NCBI GenBank assembly: GCA_048213135.1
Contig: PS015009.1
Location: 2,108,001-2,172,000 of the forward strand
DNA: 64,000 bases
Reading direction: 5' to 3'
From: Reclinomonas americana ATCC 50394
Lineage: Eukaryota
The notes under the pieces were generated by a model that made no database searches, was not told the origin of the DNA, and was given only the letters and a program-made list of their open reading frames with translations. Positions within the stretch are counted from its first letter, which is position 1, and each line of letters starts with the position of its first letter. Of the stretch, positions 50,593 to 59,979 are shown in pieces. The translations under genes were made by a program, and so were the position numbers.

Positions 50593-50880
50593 TTATTCAC
50601 TTAGCAATGCAATGCATTTGTCAATCTCGCGGATGTACTGGTTGATCGTTTTTTCCAGTTTTTTCTTTTCGGGTTCTTCCAGCTTGCCTGTGGCGGCTTT
50701 CAGTATCGATACCTGCTGTTCCAGCTGGGCCACCTGTTCGCGGTTCTTTTCTTTTTCCTGCTGCAGGTCGCCAATGATCTTCTGCTGGCGTTCGTGTTCC
50801 CTGCGCAGCAGCAGGTGCTCCTTCAGCAACTGCTGCAGTTTCTCGTTAACGCGTTTGATATGGTGTTCCAGTTCAGGCAC
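50593..50880 (-). CDS. Coiled-coil ZapB-like protein
   Basis: Coiled coil ending INQYIREIDKCIALL, directly upstream of zapA. Confidence 0.75.
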   Translation of the reverse strand: MPELEHHIKRVNEKLQQLLKEHLLLRREHERQQKIIGDLQQEKEKNREQVAQLEQQVSILKAATGKLEEPEKKKLEKTINQYIREIDKCIALLSE

Positions 50881-50883
50881 AGG

Positions 50884-53328
50884 TTACTTTCTTACTTCGG
50901 CGTTCAGTTCTTTTTCATAAGCGCTGATGATGCGGTTCATCATGCCGTCTATCTCTTTATCGGTAAGGGTTTTTTCCTCATCCAGGAAAGTGAAACTCAT
51001 CGCCAGTGATTTTTTTCCCGCGCCGAGTCTCTCGCTTTCGAAGATATCAAAAAGATGCATGGATGTCAACTTGTTCACTTTGGCAGTACGCGTGGCATTC
51101 TCCACAGCTTCATACCGCAGAGACTGGTCCACTACAATGGCCAGGTCACGCTGTACCGAAGGGAATTTACTGATCTCCTTAAATTCGATACGGTTCTTTT
51201 TGTTCAGCTGCAATACCTTATCCCAGTTGATGTCGGCGTACCACACTTCCTGGCGGATGTCGAACCGGTTGAGTACGGCTTTGCTGACAGATCCAAGCTG
51301 CGCCACCACTTCGTTCTTCACTTTCACCTGCACAGCCGCAGACAGTTTATTGAAATTAACCGGTTCATACGCACTGATGCTTAAGCCCAGCAGGCTGAAC
51401 AATCTTTCACAAACACCTTTCAGGTAATAGTAGTCGGACTTAGCAGATTTGCTGTTCCACCCGCTATGCGATTTGTCGCCGGTAATGTACAACGACAGGT
51501 GATTGGTTTCTTCGTATTTGCCGGTTCCGCCGGTGGTATATGTTTTACCGAATTCGAAGAACTGCAGGTTGCTGTTCCTCCGGTTCAGGTTATACGATAC
51601 CGATTCCAGGCCGGTTTCCAGCATGGAAGGACGCATAATGTTCAGTTCCTCGCTCAGGTTGTTGATCATCTTTACAGATGATTCCAGTACATCCTCGTCA
51701 AAATAAGCGCTGTTGGTAATGCTGTTGGTGAAGATCTCGCTGAAGCCCAGCCCGGCCAGTGATGCCGCTGTTCTTTCCCTGTGTGATGCTTCGTGGGCAA
51801 GGGTTTCCACAGCCGGGGCGATGCTGATCATGGCGGGTATTTCGATATTGTCGAGCCCGTCGATACGCATGATCTCTTCCACGATATCCGCCGGCAGGCT
51901 GATGTCGGGCTTACTAAAGGGAACGCATACCCGCATCTCATCCATGCCTTCTTTCAGCAACTCAAAACCAAGGCTGTTGAGGATATCTTTTACCGTATCA
52001 CCATGATAATTCTTACCGCTGAGTTTTTTCAGGTAGTGGTACTTCAATGCTACCTGTGTTTTTTCTTTGGGCGAAGGGTACACATCGGTCACATCACTGG
52101 CGATCTCGCCGCCGGCAATATCACGGATGAGCATGGCGGCTCTCTTCAGTACATTCACTGTATTGCCAATGTCAACGCCTTTTTCAAACCTGGTGGCGGC
52201 ATCGGTACGTAAACCGTGGCGTACGGATGTTTTGCGGATGCTCACCGGGTTGAACCAGGCGCTCTCCAGGAAAATATCTTTTGTAGTTGCCGTAACACCG
52301 CTGTTGATGCCACCGTATACACCGCCTATGCAAAGCGGCTTTTGCGCATCGCAGATCATCAGGTCTTCGGCAGACAGTTTTCTTTCTTTCTCATCAAGCG
52401 TAACAAACGGAGTGCCCTCCGGCATGTTTTTGATCACCAGTACCTGTCCTTCAATCATACCGGCATCGAATGCATGCAGGGGTTGCCCGGTTTCGTGCAG
52501 GATGAAATTGGTAATGTCAACAATGTTGTTGATAGGACGAAGGCCGATGCTCCTCAGGCGCTGCTGCAGCCATTCGGGACTTTCCGCAACGGTTACGCCC
52601 TGTATGCTTACGCCGGCGTAACGCGGACAGGCGTCTGCATTCTCCACGCGGACCTCCAGTTGAAGTCCCTGGTGATCCACCTTGAAATTATTTTTAAAAG
52701 GAGAAACAACATGAATGTTTTGTTTGTTGTGGTGCGACAGGTAAGCACACACATCACGCGCTACGCCCAGGTGGCACATCGCGTCCATACGGTTCGGCGT
52801 AAGACCGATCTCGTAAATATGGTCCGTATAAGGTTTGAAATAGTCAGCCGCAGGTGTGCCCGCCTTCGTATCGGCCGGCAGAACCATGATGCCGGCATGG
52901 CTTTCGCCCAGGCCTATCTCATCTTCGGCACAGATCATACCCTGGCTTTCCACGCCGCGGATCTTCGCTTTTTTCATGGTCACGGGCTCGCCGTTGAGCG
53001 GGTAAATGGTGGTGCCAATGGTGGCCACCACTACTTTTTGTCCCACGGCTACATTAGGAGCGCCGCAAACGATCTGCAGGGGTTCGCCGCTGCCGGTATT
53101 AACTTTGGTCAGCTTCAGTTTATCGGCATCTGGATGTTGCTCACATTCCAGCACTTCTCCGATCACCAGGCCCTGCAGCCCGCCTTTGATGGATTCATAA
53201 TGCTCCAGGCTCTCTACCTCCAGGCCGATGGATGTTAATATCCTGCTCAGTTTTTCAGGGTCGGGTACCCCGCCGGTTATAGCCGAAGCGGGAAGGTATT
53301 CACAAAGCCAGTTATAGCTGATGGTCAT
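50884..53328 (-). CDS. pheT: Phenylalanine-tRNA ligase beta subunit
   Basis: HPDADKL, IVCGAPNV, LTPNRMD, GQPLHAFD, RFEKGVD; ATG 53328; TATCTTTG at 53360-53367 (- strand). Confidence 0.98.
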   Translation of the reverse strand: MTISYNWLCEYLPASAITGGVPDPEKLSRILTSIGLEVESLEHYESIKGGLQGLVIGEVLECEQHPDADKLKLTKVNTGSGEPLQIVCGAPNVAVGQKVVVATIGTTIYPLNGEPVTMKKAKIRGVESQGMICAEDEIGLGESHAGIMVLPADTKAGTPAADYFKPYTDHIYEIGLTPNRMDAMCHLGVARDVCAYLSHHNKQNIHVVSPFKNNFKVDHQGLQLEVRVENADACPRYAGVSIQGVTVAESPEWLQQRLRSIGLRPINNIVDITNFILHETGQPLHAFDAGMIEGQVLVIKNMPEGTPFVTLDEKERKLSAEDLMICDAQKPLCIGGVYGGINSGVTATTKDIFLESAWFNPVSIRKTSVRHGLRTDAATRFEKGVDIGNTVNVLKRAAMLIRDIAGGEIASDVTDVYPSPKEKTQVALKYHYLKKLSGKNYHGDTVKDILNSLGFELLKEGMDEMRVCVPFSKPDISLPADIVEEIMRIDGLDNIEIPAMISIAPAVETLAHEASHRERTAASLAGLGFSEIFTNSITNSAYFDEDVLESSVKMINNLSEELNIMRPSMLETGLESVSYNLNRRNSNLQFFEFGKTYTTGGTGKYEETNHLSLYITGDKSHSGWNSKSAKSDYYYLKGVCERLFSLLGLSISAYEPVNFNKLSAAVQVKVKNEVVAQLGSVSKAVLNRFDIRQEVWYADINWDKVLQLNKKNRIEFKEISKFPSVQRDLAIVVDQSLRYEAVENATRTAKVNKLTSMHLFDIFESERLGAGKKSLAMSFTFLDEEKTLTDKEIDGMMNRIISAYEKELNAEVRK

Positions 53329-53509
53329 GTATTGTTGCGGTTTGAACTGTTTGAATGGGCAAAGATAGCTATTCGGCATTAGTCTTGAGCCCTTTGTCGT
53401 TAGTTCCGGGCTTCAACCACCATTCAGAAACTACGGTTTGGGGATGAAAAAAACAAGGGTTGCCTGCCGCCCCGTTAGTGCACAAAAAGAAAATTTGGCA
53501 TTATCAAAT

Positions 53510-53652
53510 TGTTAATAAAGGAAAAAGGTTTGCGCCTGCCACTGATTTTTCAGGTGTGAATTGACTGTCGGTAACCTGTTAATAAGCTAACTTTGCTGTG
53601 GATTGACCGTGGATAACAGCTGGAAAAAAGTCAGCCATGGTTATGTGAACAA
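53510..53652 (+). promoter_or_regulatory. Cluster of DnaA-box-like 9-mers upstream of dnaB
   Basis: TGTTAATAA (53510, 53577), TGTGAATTG (53555), TGTCGGTAA (53566), TGTGGATTG (53597), CGTGGATAA (53608), TGTGAACAA (53644). Confidence 0.55.
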
Positions 53653-53733
53653 AAAAGGGTGGGTATGTTTTTGGGTTTTGCTGTTACCTTAGCCGCCTTA
53701 CACCAAAACCAACCAGCCAGGAGGAATTTGCAC

Positions 53734-55314
53734 ATGGAACTTACTAATTTCAATAAAGATAAAAAGACCCGCCGTAAGGCCCCGCTGGACCTGAACAGCG
53801 TCATGTACGGCAAGGTACCACCCCAGGCTAAAGAACTGGAGGAGGCCGTACTGGGCGCCATCATGCTCGAAAAAAGTGCTTTCGATACCGTAGTTGAGAT
53901 ACTGAAACCGGAGTGTTTTTATACAGAAGCCAACCAGCGTATTTACAGGGCCATGCAGGGCCTGGCTACCAAGAGTCTGCCTATTGATCTGCTGACCGTT
54001 GTGGAAGAACTGAAGTTCAGGGAAGAACTTGAACTGGTAGGTGGTCCTTATTATGTTACCCGCCTCACCAACGCGGTGGTATCATCCGCCAATATAGAAG
54101 CGCATTCGCGTATCGTTCTTCAGAAATTCATCCAGCGTGAACTGATCCGCATCAGCGGCGAGATCATCGGCGACGCCTATGAAGACAGCACCGATGTTTT
54201 CGATATGCTCGATGAAGCGGAAGGCAAACTGTTCGAGATCACCAACAACCACTTACGTAAGAACTTCGACAGCATCGATACCGTACTGGTAAAGACGATC
54301 CAGCGTATCGAAGATATGCGCAACCGCCAGGAAGACCTCACCGGTGTACCCACCGGCTTCCCTTCGCTCGATAAACTGACCTATGGCTGGCAACCTACCG
54401 ATCTTATCATCCTGGCGGCAAGGCCTTCGGTAGGTAAAACGGCGTTTGCCCTTAACCTGGCCCGCAGTGCCGCTGTTACTGATGATCCTTCCAAAGCAAT
54501 ACCCGTGGCCTTCTTCAGCCTGGAGATGAGCAGCAGCCAGCTGGTACAGCGTATCCTCAGCGCCGAAAGCGAGATATGGCTGGAAAAGATCGCCCGTGGT
54601 AAACTCGAAGAGCATGAAATGAAACAGCTCTACAAAAAAGGCATTGAGAAATTATCCAGGGCGCCCATTTTTATCGACGATACCGCGGCGCTCAACATAT
54701 TTGAACTGAGGGCGAAATGCCGCAGGCTCAAGAATAAACACAACATCGGTCTTATCCTGATCGATTACCTGCAATTGATGAGTGGAGCCGGCGATAATCG
54801 CAACGCCAACCGGGAACAGGAGATCAGTAAAATTTCCCGCGACCTGAAAGGCCTAGCCAAAGAGTTACAGGTGCCCATCATCGCGTTGTCGCAGTTAAGT
54901 CGTGAGGTAGAAAAAAGAAAAGAAGGCGCTAAAATTCCGCAACTGAGTGATCTCCGTGAATCGGGTGCCATTGAACAGGATGCCGACATGGTAATGTTCC
55001 TGTACCGCCCCGAGTATTATGAGATCACCGCCAATGAGCATGGCGAATCTACCAAGGGTGAGACCTATGTAAAGATCGCCAAGCACAGGAACGGTAGCCT
55101 GGATACGGTTAAACTGCGTGCATTGCTGCACATCCAGAAATTTGTGGAAGACCAGGACGGCGGCGGCGATTTCGGCGGGTTCCCCGGCGGCGGAGGTGGC
55201 AACTGGAAACCTGTATCCGGACTGGATGGTGGGGATGATGGTGGCGCCAAACTGTATATCCAGAAAGGCAGCAAGATGAACGACGACCAGTTTGATGATG
55301 ACGCTCCGTTTTAA
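53734..55314 (+). CDS. dnaB: Replicative DNA helicase
   Basis: AARPSVGKT, FFSLEM, IDYLQLM, LSQLSR, DLRESGAIEQDAD; ATG 53734. Confidence 0.98.
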   Translation: MELTNFNKDKKTRRKAPLDLNSVMYGKVPPQAKELEEAVLGAIMLEKSAFDTVVEILKPECFYTEANQRIYRAMQGLATKSLPIDLLTVVEELKFREELELVGGPYYVTRLTNAVVSSANIEAHSRIVLQKFIQRELIRISGEIIGDAYEDSTDVFDMLDEAEGKLFEITNNHLRKNFDSIDTVLVKTIQRIEDMRNRQEDLTGVPTGFPSLDKLTYGWQPTDLIILAARPSVGKTAFALNLARSAAVTDDPSKAIPVAFFSLEMSSSQLVQRILSAESEIWLEKIARGKLEEHEMKQLYKKGIEKLSRAPIFIDDTAALNIFELRAKCRRLKNKHNIGLILIDYLQLMSGAGDNRNANREQEISKISRDLKGLAKELQVPIIALSQLSREVEKRKEGAKIPQLSDLRESGAIEQDADMVMFLYRPEYYEITANEHGESTKGETYVKIAKHRNGSLDTVKLRALLHIQKFVEDQDGGGDFGGFPGGGGGNWKPVSGLDGGDDGGAKLYIQKGSKMNDDQFDDDAPF

Positions 55315-55345
55315 CAGATGATCATTACAACACTTAAATTTATAT

Positions 55346-55374
55346 ACGCTTTGCAGTTACGCAAAGCGTTTTTT
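55346..55374 (+). terminator. Terminator after dnaB
   Basis: acgctttgc-agttac-gcaaagcgt plus poly-T. Confidence 0.8.
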
Positions 55375-55419
55375 ACGGATAAGCATTCGTAATTTGTAAC
55401 TCATAATTCAAAATTCCTG

Positions 55420-56139
55420 ATGGACCTTCCTTTCTTCTATCATCCCGAAATCAGAGCCGGCCTTCAAAGCATAATGCTGGATGAAGATACCAGCCGCCAC
55501 GTGGTACAGGTGCTGCGTATGCAGCCGGGAGAACAACTGCTGCTTACCGATGGGAAGGGGAACATTTTTACCACGACGATCACCGATGCGCATAAGAAAA
55601 AATGCATGGTGGAATTGTCGGGTGACATCAAAACTGCACAGCGTGCCAGCCGTATCAGCATCGCCATTTCGCCGGTAAAGAACAACAGCCGCCTGGAGTG
55701 GTTCCTTGAAAAAGCGACAGAGATGGGGGTGGCGTCCATTGTACCATTGATCTGCCAGCGTACGGAGAAACAACACTTCCGTTATGACCGGATGAAGAAT
55801 ATTCTTGTCAGCGCCATGCAGCAATCGCAACAAGCCTGGCTGCCCGAACTGCACGAAGCCATACCATTTGGGAAATATATTGATGCAGATAAATCCCCTC
55901 AGCGTTTTATCGCTTATTGTATAGATGATGAAAAGCGGCAGCCACTGAACCATTTCAGTCCTTTTGATGAGGCAGTCATCCTTATCGGCCCGGAAGGAGA
56001 TTTTACACCCGATGAAGTGAAGCTGGCGCTGGAGCAGGGTTACCAGCCTGTAACATTGGGTAGTACCCGGCTGCGTACCGAAACCGCGGGAATGCTGGCG
56101 GCGGGATTGATGGTGAACCTGCAGGTTTCAACCGGTTAA
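55420..56139 (+). CDS. rsmE: 16S rRNA (uracil1498-N3)-methyltransferase
   Basis: HVVQVLR, EKATEMGV, LIGPEGDF, LRTETA. Confidence 0.96.
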   Translation: MDLPFFYHPEIRAGLQSIMLDEDTSRHVVQVLRMQPGEQLLLTDGKGNIFTTTITDAHKKKCMVELSGDIKTAQRASRISIAISPVKNNSRLEWFLEKATEMGVASIVPLICQRTEKQHFRYDRMKNILVSAMQQSQQAWLPELHEAIPFGKYIDADKSPQRFIAYCIDDEKRQPLNHFSPFDEAVILIGPEGDFTPDEVKLALEQGYQPVTLGSTRLRTETAGMLAAGLMVNLQVSTG

Positions 56140-56158
56140 AAACCGTAACTTCATTGAT

Positions 56159-57130
56159 ATGAAAAAGCTCATCCTTCCTTTTGCGCTGATGATGGCGCTG
56201 GCATCCTGTAAACATGATTCCGATACAGGAACAATGCCCACCACGCCCACCACACCAACTACGCCCACAACACCTACTACACCAACGGTTACACCTTTCC
56301 GCCTGCTCGACAGTACGCAAATGGTGAACGACCTGCAATTGTTGTCGAGTGACGCGTATAAAGGCCGGAAAGCGGGAACGCCCGAAGTGGTGCTTACCCA
56401 CCAGCTGATACAGGCCCGCCTGCGTACCGCCGGGGTAGACAGTTTCGCTGCCGGATTTGAACAGGCTTTTACATTAAGCAGTATAGGAAGGAAAAATTTC
56501 CTGGGATGGATAAAGGGTTCTGTTAACCCCGATAAATTTATCGTGGTCAGCGCCCACTTCGATCACCTGGGTGTGAACGGATCAGGCGTAGTATATCATG
56601 GTGCTGATGACAATGCCAGTGGTACCGCATGTGTACTGGCTATGGCCAGGTATTTCCAGGCGAATAAACCGAAGTACTCCATCATATTTGCTTTGTGGGA
56701 TGCGGAGGAAGTGGGTTTGAAAGGATCCGATTATTTCGTGAACAACCTGCCTGCCGGCCTGGATCTTACCAAGATCAAATTCAACCTGAATATGGATATG
56801 ATCGCCCGCAGCGATAACAACAGTATCTGGGGTTGTGGCATCTATCATTATCCTGTCTTCAAATACCTTGTAGACAGTGTGAAGGACAGGGCTACCGTTA
56901 CCCAGCTGAAAAGCGGTTATGATAAACCCTCCGATCCTCAGGACTGGACTTACCTGAGCGACCAGGGCAGCTTCCATAAAAAAGGCATTCCTTTCCTTTA
57001 CCTTGGTGTGGAAGACCATCCGGATTATCATAAGACTTCTGATACCTACGATAAAGTGAACCTTAACCGCTACGTGGAAAATGCCAACATCGCTGTGCAG
57101 ATGGCGTTGCTGCTGGACAGGAAATTGTAG
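56159..57130 (+). CDS. M28-family peptidase, lipoprotein with (PTT)n linker
   Basis: Lipobox LASC; SAHFDHLG, GADDNASG, AEEVGL, NMDM, DYHKTSD. Confidence 0.92.
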   Translation: MKKLILPFALMMALASCKHDSDTGTMPTTPTTPTTPTTPTTPTVTPFRLLDSTQMVNDLQLLSSDAYKGRKAGTPEVVLTHQLIQARLRTAGVDSFAAGFEQAFTLSSIGRKNFLGWIKGSVNPDKFIVVSAHFDHLGVNGSGVVYHGADDNASGTACVLAMARYFQANKPKYSIIFALWDAEEVGLKGSDYFVNNLPAGLDLTKIKFNLNMDMIARSDNNSIWGCGIYHYPVFKYLVDSVKDRATVTQLKSGYDKPSDPQDWTYLSDQGSFHKKGIPFLYLGVEDHPDYHKTSDTYDKVNLNRYVENANIAVQMALLLDRKL

Positions 57131-57229
57131 GATGCTCCTGTTTACAGGTACCCCTTTGTATGATAGTGCAGCTGCATTATCACATTATCATATTAATATC
57201 TACATTTGGCGGTACTGATCACCGCAGCT

Positions 57230-58627
57230 ATGTTTGAAACGATCAACATCAATTACATCATCTCCATCTTCATTACAGGAGCGGTAACGCTGGCTTCGGT
57301 CTATCATACCATATTGTATCTTCACCGCAAAACGAAACTGCTGGCCCATTACACCGCCTACCTTTGGTGCACCTGCATCTATTGTACTTTTCGTATGATC
57401 TACCCGGGGCCCTGGGAGCCGTTAATGTTTCTCAACAGTGATGAGACATTGCAGATGATCGTCTTTACCATGTACATCCGTTTTATGGGTACGGCGCTTG
57501 ACCTGGACAGGCAGAAGGAAAAGTATGCCTGCTTTTTTGTGGACATTAGTCCGGTTATCATTTTTACCTACATCGCGGTACAGATCGTTTTTGTAAATAC
57601 GGATGTTTCCAACCAGGTGTATTTCCTGGCCAAGATCATCATCAGGGCTTACCTGCTGCTGCTGGGCCTGTTCATGCTCATCAGCGTAATGCTTAACCGG
57701 AGAATGCTGTATTATAATTACCTCGCTGCGGGCGCCATTGCCATGATACTTTTCGGGATGTTATCCTCCATCATCAATCTTTATCCAACGGGAACTACGT
57801 CGGTTGGGCCTTTCAGCTGGCTGCAGATCGGGTTCTTTACCGATGTGGTCTTTTTTTCCTCTGCCATCGGCTACCGCATCAAAACGGAGGCCATGGAAAA
57901 GGAACATGCGCTGGTAACGATATTACAGCAGCAGGAATCGCTGCAGCAAAAAGAGATCGAACAACTGCAGGTGGTATTCCGCACACGGGAGCAGGAACGT
58001 ATGCGCATCGCGAAAGATTTGCATGACGATGTGGGCGCCTCGCTCAGCAGCGTACACCTGTACAGCGAACTCGCAGGAAAGCTACTCGACAGGCAACCCG
58101 CACAGGCAAAGGATATCATTGGCCGTATTACCGACAATACGCAGAAAGCCATGGAAGAGATGGGCGATATCATCTGGTCCATCAGCCCTTCGGAAGATGC
58201 AGACAAGACCATTACGGCAAGGATAAAAAATTATGGCAACCAGCTTTTATCGGTAAAGAATATTGCCTGCCGTTACCAGGTAGATGATGCGCTTAGCCGT
58301 AAACTGGTGAACATCGATGCCCGGAAAAACCTGCTGCTCATTATAAAAGAAGCCCTCAACAATATCGCTAAATACAGCAATGCCTCCCAGGCCGGCATAA
58401 CAATGGAGGAAAAGGAAAATGAAGTACTCCTCGAAATAACCGATAATGGTTCCGGGTTCGATTCAGCAAGGGTAAAACGTGGCAACGGTTTACTGAACAT
58501 GGAAAACAGGTGCCAGTTACTGGGTGGAATATTTTCCCTGGAAAGCTCTCCCGGTAAAGGAAGTTCCATCCGCTGTATTTTTCCTGTCACTAGATTTAGC
58601 GATAATAACGTGGCAACGAATGAATAA
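57230..58627 (+). CDS. Multi-TM sensor histidine kinase (HisKA_3 / NarX-like)
   Basis: ~7 TM helices; ERMRIAKDLHDDVG, KEALNNIAKYS, DNGSGF, GNGLLNM. Confidence 0.92.
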   Translation: MFETININYIISIFITGAVTLASVYHTILYLHRKTKLLAHYTAYLWCTCIYCTFRMIYPGPWEPLMFLNSDETLQMIVFTMYIRFMGTALDLDRQKEKYACFFVDISPVIIFTYIAVQIVFVNTDVSNQVYFLAKIIIRAYLLLLGLFMLISVMLNRRMLYYNYLAAGAIAMILFGMLSSIINLYPTGTTSVGPFSWLQIGFFTDVVFFSSAIGYRIKTEAMEKEHALVTILQQQESLQQKEIEQLQVVFRTREQERMRIAKDLHDDVGASLSSVHLYSELAGKLLDRQPAQAKDIIGRITDNTQKAMEEMGDIIWSISPSEDADKTITARIKNYGNQLLSVKNIACRYQVDDALSRKLVNIDARKNLLLIIKEALNNIAKYSNASQAGITMEEKENEVLLEITDNGSGFDSARVKRGNGLLNMENRCQLLGGIFSLESSPGKGSSIRCIFPVTRFSDNNVATNE

Positions 58628-58636
58628 GTTTGTACG

Positions 58637-59269
58637 ATGATACGTGTTGTGATCTATGATGATAATCCTTCCCGCCGCGACAGCCTTATGGCGCTGCTGC
58701 AACTTTCCGATAATATGGAGTGTGCAGGCACCTTTAATGACTGCAGTGGTGTATTGAAAGATATGGAGCAATGCAGCCCCGATGTGGTGCTGATGGACAT
58801 CGAAATGCCGAATGTTGACGGAATCGAAGGCGTTAAGATCATCAAGGAAAATTTTCCGGGTATAAAGGTGATCATGCAAACCGTGTTTGAAGACAATGAA
58901 AAAATATTCGCGGCGCTGCAGCATGGGGCGGAAGGATATATCCTGAAGAAAGCCAGCATCCAGTCTATCACCCAAAGCATAGAAGAAGTGTACAATGGTG
59001 GCGCTTTTATGACGCCCAGCGTGGCTTTGCGGGTGATGCGTTTTTTCGGGCAGTCTGACAAAACAAAGACACCCAATTATAACCTTACACCAAAAGAAAG
59101 TGAAGTGCTCCAGCTGCTTGCTGACGGGCTCAGTTATAAAATGGTGGCCGACAAACTCGATATCAGTTATTACACGGTCAACTCCCATGTAAAAAAGATC
59201 TACGAAAAACTGCAGGTGCATTCCATCGGCCAGGCCGTGTCCATCGCTATCAAGAATAAAATAGTATAA
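58637..59269 (+). CDS. NarL/LuxR-family response regulator
   Basis: DVVLMDIEMP receiver; LTPKESEVLQLLADGLSYK LuxR HTH. Confidence 0.95.
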   Translation: MIRVVIYDDNPSRRDSLMALLQLSDNMECAGTFNDCSGVLKDMEQCSPDVVLMDIEMPNVDGIEGVKIIKENFPGIKVIMQTVFEDNEKIFAALQHGAEGYILKKASIQSITQSIEEVYNGGAFMTPSVALRVMRFFGQSDKTKTPNYNLTPKESEVLQLLADGLSYKMVADKLDISYYTVNSHVKKIYEKLQVHSIGQAVSIAIKNKIV

Positions 59270-59282
59270 TCTCCGAATACTT

Positions 59283-59329
59283 CACACCTGCACATTCGCA
59301 TATCCACACATCCGCACATTCACACATCC
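59283..59329. repeat. Degenerate 8-bp tandem repeats (CACATYCR)
   Basis: cacacctg cacattcg catatcca cacatccg cacattca cacatcc; a similar tract at 62883-62932. Confidence 0.7.
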
Positions 59330-59434
59330 CCCTACCTATATCTAGCGATTGCATAAGATCACCACGATGATGAAATTTACAAATTGTAAAAAAGAACCGC
59401 TGTGCCTGTATAGTCCACCTTAAAATCGTTTTGC

Positions 59435-59953
59435 ATGAAAAATATGTCCATGACCGCGGCGCTCATCTTTGTCTTGTTGCTGATGAGTATCGTATACAGC
59501 TGCGTAAAAGAAGGACTCGCAGGAAATGACCCGGTCTCTGTACAAGGTAAAGTTGTGAATACTTATGCAATAGCCCCGGCGCATTCCGACAGCGGTTGTA
59601 CAGTTTGTACAGAGAATAAAGAAGTGGTACTTACACCGGCTAATTTCTTCGGACCCTACACCGGTTCCGTGGTAGAGATGAGCAATAAAACCGGCAATGG
59701 TACCATTTCCGACGCGGATGTGCAACCGTATAAAAACGTAGTGGTAACCGTAATGGATGCCTCTTCAAGAGAGACTGCCATTCCCCTGTTCAATATGGCG
59801 GCAGACGGATCGTATGAATCTATTTCCTATAAAAGAGGATCCTCCTATCTCAGCATATTGTATGTACGGTTCAACAAAAGCACGAATACCTTCACCTATA
59901 AACCTGCCAATAACCTCACGGTAAAATACAGCGTATCCTATGTAAGTCCGTAA
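59435..59953 (+). CDS. Hypothetical lipoprotein
   Basis: Hydrophobic leader plus VYSC lipobox; CTVC motif. Confidence 0.65.
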   Translation: MKNMSMTAALIFVLLLMSIVYSCVKEGLAGNDPVSVQGKVVNTYAIAPAHSDSGCTVCTENKEVVLTPANFFGPYTGSVVEMSNKTGNGTISDADVQPYKNVVVTVMDASSRETAIPLFNMAADGSYESISYKRGSSYLSILYVRFNKSTNTFTYKPANNLTVKYSVSYVSP

Positions 59954-59979
59954 AGCAAGACCCGGTAAACCACGACTAC

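Noticed and set aside
56234-56295. 9-bp (PTT)n repeat as a contingency locus
   Set aside because: In-frame with varied synonymous codons; an ordinary lipoprotein linker.
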